The notes beneath the pieces were generated by a model. That model did not search any database and had not been told where the DNA came from. It was given only the letters and a program-made list of their open reading frames with translations. 64,000 nucleotides of DNA, taken from the NCBI RefSeq assembly GCF_037042905.1, contig NC_087251.1, forward strand, positions 7,752,001 to 7,816,000, written 5' to 3'. The translations under genes and the position numbers were made by a program. The stretch's first letter is position 1, and the number at the start of each line of letters is the position of its first letter. Of the stretch, positions 26,801 through 38,800 are shown piece after piece. This stretch comes from Lytechinus pictus (taxonomy: Eukaryota).

Positions 26801-29800
26801 TAGAGCTTTCAGAGGGGTAAGAATCTGTTCGCAGAATTCAACATTTTTGCACTGAAACCAACTATTTACAAAGTGAATCTAACAAAACACAACTTCAAAA
26901 GATTACTCTTATACAGTGCGTCCCAGAAAAAACGAAACCGAGATTTAGCGATGATTTATCATAACTTAATCATAAATAAAATAGACAAATGACCTACCAA
27001 TGTAAAGCTTAGAATCTCCTCTTTCATCTGGTATTACTTAGATTATTCCTTATTCACGCATGATTGAGCAAAAACAATTCGAAGAAAGAATGCCAAAAAC
27101 TCATTTGGCGGGGGGTATCTGAATTTCATAAAGAAAATCACATGACTAAAAAGTTCAATATCTTCTCTTTTCTTTGATACCTAAATCACAGAAAATGGTC
27201 AAGTAGTAAAAAAGTTATGATCCCTTGAAACGATGCTTGTATTTCCATAATTTCATTTAATAAACGTTTTTTCACCGGTTTCCCACTGAAGCTATCGCAC
27301 GGTAACAAAAGACTTAATGCATGGCTGATCGTCAACAAAACGGAGTGTCGAGTGAGTTTGAAAGCTAGCCTGTAAAACATCTTCATTTTATGAAATTATT
27401 GAAATTCAAGCCTTATTTCAAATAACCAGAACTTTGTTATTTCTTGACCATTTTCTGTAATTGAGATATCAAATTAAAGAGCAGATATTGAACTTTTTAA
27501 AAATTTGGTTTTCTTTTTAAAACCCAGATACGGCCTGCCAAGTGATTTTTTGGTATCCCCTTTTCAAATTGTTTTTGCTCACTCATGCGTGAATGAGAAA
27601 TAATATAAGTAATTTCAGATGAAAGAGGAGATTCTAAGCTTTAAAATGGTAGGTCATTTGTCTATTGTATTTGCGATTAAGTTATGATAAATCATCGCTA
27701 AATCTCGGTTTCGTTTTTTGTGGGACGCACTGTATATCAAACCGTGACATGATGAATTTTTAGATCTAAAGGTACAAAAAGTGAAATTTAAGCCACTTTT
27801 TTCCACAATTTGTTACAGTTTGTAACTGTTTTTACCAGGACATATTAATGTATATGTCACACATCAGCATTAGGTCTATGTGAAACATAGTTTTGCACAT
27901 GGTTTGCACTAGTTATAGCTTCTCCCCAATGCTGTGGAAGTGTTTTGTACATCTTCTGATTGCAAATTTAACATCCCGTTCCGGGACCCCCGCGATTCGC
28001 AAAAAATTCTGTACGCAAAAATAACAGCTTGTACAGTATACCTATATTTGAAGTGAAATGGCAATCACATGAATCTGCTGTTCTATTAGAAAGAAAAACA
28101 GAGACAAGAAAAAAAATCCTTATATGATTATGGAATTTGAATCTGAGGCCTTATCAAAAATTCCAGGCAAAGATGCATCAGTAGGGATTGGAATCAGTTC
28201 CGAACCCATTGTCGAAGAGATAGAGAATGATGAGGAAGAACAATCACCTGACAGATCTCGAGATGCTCTTATGATCCATAGTGATAATGGATCTGTATCG
28301 TCTCCTAGTAGAGAGAGTAGAAAAAATGAGTCTTCCTCCTTTACAGAAGGTAAGAAATTTTCTGTGTTTTTATTTAAGGAGGGACATATTCTGTCCAAGA
28401 AATTTCTTCCTCAAACAGTATAAAGGACTCCCACTGAAGGACATTTTTACATTGATTTTATGAGATATGAATTTCATTTAGTAAAAAAAAAAGAGTCATA
28501 TAGCTTTATAGACATATCCTGATGCCATTACAGATGACAAAAATACAAATACAGTGAAAGAGACATGGCCAAGTTATTTTCATAAAATTATATGTAATTT
28601 GACATGATTATAGTATTGAATTTTGCATAAAAAAACAGAAGTCATTTAAATACTCTTTTACCTGTGTTTAGTTAGAAATTAATAGGCATAATTTTATCCA
28701 GATATTTTTTCTTGTTTTCACTGTTTACAGGGGATACAATAACACTTGTAATAGAACAACTCACTGCTCAAAAGTCTTTGGTTTGTATTTGGAAGAATGA
28801 CATGATCCAGTGTCGACAGTGGGTTACAATACAAGCTCGGAACCTGTATCCTACAATCAATGCATGGTGGGGTCCAGCAGAATTACATGTAGAGTGGCTT
28901 AGTTCTACTGTTCCTGAATTATCCATGGTAAGAGTGATCTACAAGTTACTTGTACAACATCAACGCATTATGAAATATCCTTTACATTTGGAGAGCGTTA
29001 GTGGACATATTCATTCTAACCAAACAGATACACTCTCTGTACCATTAACACTAATTTTGTAAAGACATTCTTCAATCATATTTTCATTGTGGAAAACAAA
29101 AATCATATACTGAGCAGATATCATGATATTCCTTACCACTTTCATTTATTTTTTTTCAATATTCCCTCACTTATCAACTTGAAAGTCCAGAATTTATAGT
29201 AAAAGAAGTATAGAGCATTGTATTTTTTGCCTTGTAAGGAAAGATGCCTATTACATTGCCTATCACATGATAATATTTATTTGTCTTATAGACAAACCTC
29301 AATCAATGGATGTCATCTAGTAACATCAAAGTTGAAGGTGATAGACTCAGTATCTTGGATGATAAGATAGGAGCAATCCAATCACCATGTACATTCCAAG
29401 ATGGTACGTATAACTCTGTTTACAATGCTTTATAAAAAATCTTCCCCACTTCCTCTTCCTCTGCTTTTCTTTACCATTTCCTTTCCTTTTTCCTTTGGAC
29501 AGATTCAAAGACCAATTGATCCAATGAAATGTTTTTTGTTCAAGTGTCAACTACATTATGGTATTTTGCTGTATATACTAAAAGCATATCCAGGGTTTTG
29601 ATTCTCCCTGCCTCTCCTCCGCCTCCCCTCAGAATTTTTGTTCAACCTGGAGAGTGTTTCATCATTTTTTTTGTCCCACAAGTTGTCAAGATTTGACAAC
29701 TTCCTTGATTTTGATGGGCTAATAAACACATTTCCTAAAGTAACTTTTGGATAAAACATACTTTTGACAAGTTCTTTCCTGAAATGCTCCTTAGTTCTGG

Positions 29801-32800
29801 AAATTATTAAAATTGTGTTGCTTTAGTTCCCTCTTATATACCCATGGGTTTACCCCAGTATGTTTATTGAGTAAATTCTACATCAAAATCATGTTTCTTT
29901 TTGATTGATTGATTTATTTTGATTGTTCCACTCTGCAGGTTCTAATATGTATTTTGAGATGAGCTTAGAATCAGTTGGTGAATGTCCAGTTAATGATGAT
30001 CATAAAGGGCCATTAATAGGGCTGACATCAGCAACCTGGTCAGGACATGAAGGATTGCCTGGCACATCTGAGTATACCATTGCTTATGATACAACCAAAG
30101 GAAAAATCCTCAATTGTGGACAGTCATCAAAGGGTAAATTTTCAATGTTTGTAAAGTGTAATGGACAAATTCAATGATATACTTGTATGATTTTTTTTTC
30201 CTAATACATCAGTTTGCCCTATTACTATAAACCTTATTGAATTTTCCTGTCTGTTATGGTAATGTACATGTAGATTTATTGACATTTTCATAATAAAAAA
30301 CACAACTCACTTACATAGCTGAATTGGTGAATATTAAAGTCAAGGGCCTCAGCCACATTGAATATTAAAAGTCCTAAACTACCCAAATAGTCCCATGTTC
30401 CCTACCCAGAATGCAACATTATGATCATATACAGTCTTATAGTTAATTTCCATGTGAATGGCAATTAATTATGTTATATTATTTGTGCACAAAAATATTA
30501 CAAAATTTGATATTTGCAAACAAGAAAAAACTATTACATTATACTCCAAAATAAATTCAGATCGAATGACTGCCATAAATTTCAGAGATAGATATTACAA
30601 TATACATGTAATTTCAACTATTCTATTGAAGATTATCATTAAATCTCATGTCCCTTTGGTTAGTGGATAGTTCCCTTTAAGTCAAGTGATTGATATTTTT
30701 ACCTTGGATTTTAAAATTTGATACTATACTGATGAATAATGAAGAGAAAGGTCAGAGAAACAAACTTCTCATAATGTCATTTTTTGCATGTCTTCATCTG
30801 ATATTTTTCTAACAGGGAAGAACCTAGGAGAGACTGGCAAGTGTAAAACTGGAGATACGATTGGCTGTGGTCTTCTACTTGTTGAAAATAAACCTTCAAC
30901 TGCTTCCCAGATGGTAGTCGTATACTTCACCAAAAATCATTCTGTCATACATCATTGTAATGTAACTCAGTCTACAGGTGGTTTCTATCCTACATGTGCA
31001 TTTGTCAGTAAAGGTGAGTCGCAATCTTCCTTTTGAAAACAAAAGAAAACTTGCTCTATATGCTTTTCTATTTTTATGTCAGAGGTTTTCTCCAAGGATG
31101 CAAAAGAAATGTATGATTACACAATAGTCATCAGATCTTATCAACAGCATGTGAACACCATTCCATGAAGCTTGTCCTCATGACAAGTTGTTATTCTCTG
31201 GTATTTACCACAGCAAAAGTCAGAAATCAGTAATTACTAGCCAATCAAAACCAAGGAGTTCACTGAAATAGTCATTGTTGACAACTTTTATGAAACATCC
31301 CCAGAAGTACTGTAGTACTGAAGTGTTCCCTTTTTCATGTCACTGAAAAAGCCAGCAATATTATAATTCACCAACTAGTATAAACCTTATGCACATGACA
31401 TTATAATCACATAGCGCCCTCCCTCAGAGGATATAGATATATGCTTAAACACAGTTGTCAGCTGCAGATCACCAACGCATGCAAGACAATGGCTTCAGCC
31501 TCTATGATGACGCCAATGCATCAGGTCCATTAGAGCAGAAAAACAAGCACAGTGATATGTACATCATCTCAAGACATACAGAATTTAGATTATGAATGAT
31601 GCCATTGCTGGCTATCCATATTAGAAATTAATTTGAATTATGTGCTTTGTATATCAAACCAGACACAGACCTGAATGGGGTTTCATGAAGCAGTTTGTAA
31701 GATTGGCATGAATTTATGCTTGATTGATGACCTGCTCTTGGGGGTCATATCAGAATCTTAATCATGTTTTATTCATAACAGCTTATATATAAGTCTGATC
31801 TTTGGAGATTAAAAAATCTTTTTGTTGTAAGCATCTTGAATACAAATTATAATTTGTCAAAAATTAATTAGGAATAGGGCTTTACTCATAATATTTTGAA
31901 ACCCAAGAACTGGTCACCAGTCATGCATAGAGCATTTTGTCAATAACTTTATGGATCATAATCCTTTAATTATGGGTACATGTATGTTTTGAACCATTTG
32001 ATTGCTATTTGTATTGTTTGGTTTTATTACTTCAGATTCTAGTGTGAGGCTGAACGTGACTGCTTCTGTACCGGAGCTTCCAGATAAAACTGATTGGTTA
32101 GCTAAAGCAAAGCGAGCACTAGAATTCCCGGGGCTGGAACTTTTTAATGGTAAGTTAATTGCAAACCAACTTTTCTCCTGAGCGCTCTACCTAAAAATAA
32201 ACAAGGATCATTGTCAGTTGTCATTTTATCAATGTATAACTGCCTAATTGCTTTTATTGCTTTCAACTTGTTTTATCAACAACACCAAGAACACATCCCA
32301 ATATTAACTACATGATATATAAAGATAATAGGTAAGATATTGATTATTCCTCTGAACTAATTGTGATTACCGGTATCTAAAACATGCAGTTAAGCACATG
32401 ATGTACATGTAATTTGATAATAGATTGAGGTATCCATAGAAGTGGTGCTGCCAAGAAATTTTCAGGAATATTGATTTTTAAGGCATTATCCAAGCTGACA
32501 CCGGTTTTAGATATGTAGTGTGATCTACCTTCTTAATTTGAGAAGGGACATTGTCAAATATATTTACCATAATGTAGGGATATTGGACAATCTGATCAAT
32601 ACTTTTTTTTTTCCTCTTCTGATCTTCTAATCTCTAGATACTTCTATTAAGAATGACAATAAGCAGCATGAAGAAGGAGTTACCAATGGCTACTTCCGTT
32701 TCTCTGAACCTGTTGGTTGTCCAACCAGTGATGTCATCAAACCTCAGTCTAAACTAAAGGATGGGAAGCTTCTTCAGCTACTCAAGACCATTACACCATC

Positions 32801-35800
32801 AGAACCTTACTTTACTGTCAAGATAGAAGAACTAAGTAAATCAAATCAATGTTTATTTATTTATTCATCTATTTATTTATTTATTTGAATTTTTCAGTGT
32901 TATTTTATTTCATTTTTGTTTTATTAGTATTATTATTATTTTTGTTTATTTATTCATTTTTTTTTTTTTTTGGGGGGGGGGCTTCAATTTAATACTTTAT
33001 GGTACCTATAAAGCAGCAATGCTGCTTTTTTTATATTTCTGGACGCAAAATTTTATTTAAAATCTATCCGTTGAAGATGAGCAGGGGTTCGTTTAACTTA
33101 ATACATACCTTGTATGATAGTAGACAAAAAAAAAATTTGAGTTATTACTCTTCTATATGGATGCACTGTAATCCAATTTAAATCACAGTGCGCTGCTTCT
33201 CTGTTTGTGTACTATTTATATTTATTTGGAATCAAATAAGAGGACTCTTGTATTATCTTATTACTCCCTCTGAAATATGAGCGTGAAATTTGTGAATCTC
33301 TTGTTTTTAGGAAAATAATTTGTTGGGATCCATTCATGAGGAATGTTGCCTTGTAATAAAGCTATTTATTTTCACATACAAATGAATTCAATACCATTTT
33401 CTAAAAGTATATTTCTTGTTTAACAACCAATATTTTTTCTTTAGGTGTGAACACATACATGTATCCGACTCATGCCTTTAATATGAGGGTCATAAGTAGG
33501 AATCCCAGCCATGATTGTAATTAATTTTGTTATGAAATTCAGATACATTGTGCTTTAGGTTTCCTTGGCTAGGTAAATTATTAGTTTGTTACCTGTTAGG
33601 ATTTAGTCCCTAAATGTAATGATTGATATTTTACATAGATAATGATGAAAGCTTGATTTGTGCTGGAGTCAGCAGAGGAGGTCAGAGCTGTGGCAGTGTC
33701 CCTGGTTCTCTTATAGACTCAGCAGGATATTCTTCTAATGGTGAAATACTTATGGGCAGTGATGGCCACTTTGCAGCTGAAAAAATGGAGAAAGGTATGA
33801 GGATTTGATCTTAGTTCACCTATAAATACCTGTTCTAATGCAGTATCACTTAAAGTGAAAAAAAAGGAAGTTGTGGTTAGAGTTTTGTCTTCTGAAAACT
33901 CTATCATATGGGCATTCCCATCAACCCTTCTTGTCTCGCCTGCATTGCAGAGCGAGACTATAGGCGCCGCTTTCCCAACAGCGGCGTCAACATTGTAATC
34001 TTAACCTAAGATTTAGTTATTTTAATGTAATCATAACTTAGAAAGTATATGGTCCTAGTTCATGAAACTTAGACAGAAGTTATCAAATATTACTAATCAT
34101 CCTGCCTGAGTTTCCTTTATAGGTCTCATGATCAAGGTCAAATGTCATTTAGGGTCAATGAACATAGTATTTTGTTTATCATTTGAATGGTGTTTTTTGT
34201 GATTAATCATTGTTTTCAAAGTCAGCTCTGCTGCTATATTGAATTGCATAATATGCAAATGAGACTGCCGGAGGTGCTCCACATGTTTTTATTTTTATAA
34301 TATTTACTCTGTTTTACAAACTGCTCAAGCGATCATAATGTGAGATCATTTACAGCTTTTCCAATGAACTAGAAAAGAAAGACAAATATGGAATTGCCCT
34401 TATAATCAATGAATGGGAAATTTCCATTACATATATGTATTCTGTCAAGTTGTGAGAAATATTTGTTTTTCCTTTGTCAATTCAACAAATGTCTTAGATG
34501 TTACTATTTTTCTGAAATAATTGCTTCATTCATCACCCTTCTGTCTCGTTACAGGTGATGTAATTGGTGTATATGTGCAATTCCTAGACCTGACTAAAGT
34601 TGTTCAGTTCATCAAAAATGGAAAATTGATGGGTCAGAGTATCATCAAGGGAAGCAACAAAGATATCTATCCAAGTCTTGGGTTTGGTGGTGAACCAGCA
34701 ACCGTACATGTAACATGGCCTACTGCAAGACCTGATGTACCACCCTCATTTTCAAAGGTCAGTTTGGAAGGTCTTTTGTGGAAATTATTCAGGTTTGATT
34801 AATGGTCAGTTCATAAAAACTTCAATTGCCAAAATATGGAGTGTCAGAAATTTACAGAGACCACTTTTATTATTAAATCCTCCATATAATTTACTAATAT
34901 TTTAGTTGTGTTGTAATTTTGGAACAATTTTTTTGATTGATGGATATAATTTGTTACCTGGGATATATATTAATTTGAAAATGATGAGAATAACACTCCA
35001 ATAATCCAATGCTGTAATTTAATTGAACACTTTTGATGTTTGTCAATGCACCAATTAGTGTATAAGAGGACAAGTTTAAAAATTGTGTTTGATACAACCA
35101 TATAACATAGTAATGAAACATTTTCTTGTATTTCTTTGTAATCCTAACTTTTTTAGGACAACTTTGAGAATTGGTTGAAAAGTCCTGATTTACTGATGAA
35201 TGGAAATAGACTCTGCTACGAGAAGAAAAAAAGAAAGCTTAAAGGCAGAATACTGGTATCACCTCAACCACTGTGTCATGGTATGTCAGTTAGCTAGAAT
35301 CTTTGCCAATTTTGTATTTGTATTTTGCAATTTAAGATAAAAATTTTGGTCAGGATGCAATCAGAAGTGTTTAAAGGAAAAATTAAAAAAATACCAAGAG
35401 AGTGCGCCATATATCAATGGTAAAATTTGAATTTTCACAAAGGATGAAAGGTCACTTCACTTTTGTAAGATTTAAATGCTCGATCAAACTCCATTCATAT
35501 CATTAAACTTTTTCCCATAAAGCTTTAAACTACTCTTTTGGAGTGATACCTAATATCCATTTGATGCTTGAACAGCCAAATATGTTATTGTGGTGATGGT
35601 GAAGTATTTTTTTTTCATAATGTAATAACTTCATGGGCTACAGTTGATAAAACATAATGATAGATACAGGTAATAATAATAGAACTGATAACGTTAATGA
35701 TATGCAGATTTATAGTGCACTTTATTACAAAAGGTACTAAGCACTGACAAGATATTCCCTGGTTTTAGCACAGCTTTCCTTTAAGAAAACATTCTTTGTC

Positions 35801-38800
35801 TATTTTCAGCATGGAGTTACTTTGAAGTAGAAATAAACTGCAAGAAGCTCTCTGAAAATGAGAGAGAGCTAGTAAAGGCTCCTGTTATTGGACTGACAAA
35901 CTGCTTGCGGCCCTCCAAGTTCAAGAAAATCGTCAATAACAAAGATACAAGAGATATCCGCTACTTTTGTCATACCAATTCCATTGGCTACATGGATTAC
36001 CTCAAACATGATAGTAAGTTTAAGGACCTGTTTATTCATTGTCATCAGGTAAAATTGATATCCCAGTGGATGGGTTATTATCATCATGTAGATAGAGGTT
36101 CAATGGAAGATCTGGATGTTTCTAAATCACTTTTCCAATGTGATGATATTGGAATGTCAAATTTGAATTACTTGATAATCGATACTCAACCTTTTAAGTA
36201 AACATGTACCTGTGATATATAGTGGGTCTGAAAACATGGGCAGGTTTTTGTTTGTAGATTTCAAGTTAATTAACCATTTGCCAATTCAAGGATAATGAAT
36301 ATTCCATTTTGGAATTTCTGTATATCTAATACAACATAATGATTGTAAACAAAAATATTTTCAGATGCAACATACAGAAACTAAGGAACAAAATTAATAC
36401 AAACTGTGTTGAAAAAATTATCTACCCACTTTGATTTTCCATATTATTTTATATCACATAAACAAATAAAATATGTCAATTTAGAAACTGAGAAAGTGTT
36501 AAGAAATGATAAGATAGTGGAAATTTTGTCATTTTGAAATAATTGTCTTATCTATTTCCTTTTGTTTTCTGTTATTCAGTGTTCCTATTAAATGGATACT
36601 TAGAGAATGGTGACCGGATTGGTTGGGGCGTGATGTATCCATCATCTAAGAACATTCCTAGTGATCTGACTAGACAGATTGTTATTGTATATTGCTGTAT
36701 TAATGGACAGATCATGTATCACAAACCCATGGAACAACCTGGTGGTGGTTTCTATCCAGTTATAACCCTCTACAGATATGGTAAGTAGTGTCTTGCTAGC
36801 CAAGGGTGGACAACTGGATTATGGAAAGCCATTTGGATATCTCAGTTTTTTTATTTCAGCTGTTGTAGTTGAAGAATACACATGTTTATTATATGTTGTA
36901 ACAGTTGAGACTTGAGAAGACATTTTTACAGTGAAGTACAAGTTTGCATCAGTCAGATTTAAAGTATTTGAAATGTAATGAAGTTTGTTTGAATTGTCGG
37001 TAAAAAACTTTTGGTTCACATTTTGCACTCTAGAATCCAGTCATTGTAAAGACATGCATTGCTTCGTGAGCAGCTTTATGAAACACCCCCTAGGTAGAAA
37101 AATTGTCCTCTTGTATTCTTTTAAATAGACGGGCCGTTTGTTGATATGTATGGATCTATCAGACCTTTTTATGTTTTATAATGCAGGTCAATGATGAAGA
37201 GGTGAATTGTTAGATATTTAGCTTTATAGAAAATATTTCATCAAGACCATGTGGATTAATGATATTTATCATTATGTGAATGACCAGGGCCATCATTGTA
37301 TACTTTGCTTTACTTTTGCAAGTGTCTTCAGTGATTGAAAAAGTGTTTTGCAAATGTACTTGTAATGGGTTTGAACTGTTTGAAATCATATCCCTGGATC
37401 AGAATTTGTTTTTTTTAACAGCATATCAATGTTCATATAAGAGAGATTTACAATGTTGTGTGTTTGGTGTACAGGAGAAGAAGCTTCCTTGCTGATTAAC
37501 AAGCCTCCACCTAGATTCCCAGACATCTTGACATGGGTTGAAGAAGCTGATGCCTTCAAGATGGAAGTTGATAAACAGCGGAAAGCTGCAGGTAGGTCTA
37601 TCATCAATGTCTCCTGTATCCATTCATGTTTCTTCTATTTGCTTTAATCAATGATATCTTAATAAAAAAATATCCGTCAATATCTTGTGTACCATAATGC
37701 ATTAGGCATTCACTGAGGATATTCTCAAAACAAAACTTTCTTTTTCAATTAACAATTAAAGAAATCTCTTTAACCTTTCTTACACTTTCCTTCCTATATT
37801 GTAGAGATATTTCTTCTTTGAATACTTAGAGACACCATACAATATTTTTTGAAAACCACTATTGACCCCATGGTTAGGGTGGCTATATGTGATGTAATGT
37901 GATGAAATGTGTTACAATAGAAGTTCGATTAGAAGTTTTCTTCCTGTTAAGTACATATATATTTTATATGTCATCAAAACAGGTTTATGGATACCAGTTC
38001 AGCAGATTTAGATCTAGAGTTGGGGTCGTTGTATGGTCTGTTGCGTTCTTGGTAGAAACTTGGAATATTTCAAGTTTTTTTTTTTTATTATATCATGCGA
38101 TTACTAAAACTTGGAGCATCTTCATAGATTTGATATTAATACAATAAAATAATTTCCAAATATTTTATGGTAATATAATGAAATAATTAAGGTTATTTAT
38201 TAGCCAATGTAGCCAGTGACACAAGGTGTGCTGTTTTGTGTTTTACATTTGCAGAATTTGTGCTATATCTACCATACCTCATGCGCCCTATCTTGCCCTC
38301 AAAACAAAAGTTTCGCCGAGGTATGTTGGAACCTATCAATGGAAGGCCAAATGATAGGATTGGTTTCTGCATGAAACTTTGTCTAAACCAGATGTTTAGC
38401 AAAATTATGTTAAAAACCTGTCAAGAAAGATTGACTTGCTTTTGGATTTCTGGAATCTAGCTGTCATGGACTGCATGTTCTTTTGTCTGAAGATTGGTGA
38501 CTAAATTATTTATTATGTAGATGGTGTCCAAAGACTTCTTTATGATTGATTTATGAGAATTTTTTAAATTTAGTTTCAAATTTTCACAGATGGATAATGG
38601 ACTATGTAATAGTTCAGTTTTTAGAGGGCATTTGCACTTGAGGTTATGTGTAGGAGTATCATGTATTATACTGCAGAAGCTGAAACTTCGCTTTTGGTTT
38701 TATTATCGATTGCGCCTATTGCCATAAGGCAATCATGCATGAAAAAAGAATATAAGTATTGATAATGCAGATTATTGTAAAACTATAAACTAAATATTGG

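Noticed and set aside
28090..28166. Longer exon 2 using the acceptor at 28089 or the ATG at 28124
   Set aside because: That acceptor is out of phase with exon 1 and gives a stop. The TTCCAG acceptor at 28166 is in phase and restores the SPRY pattern FRVKVVQLGKDASVGIGIS.
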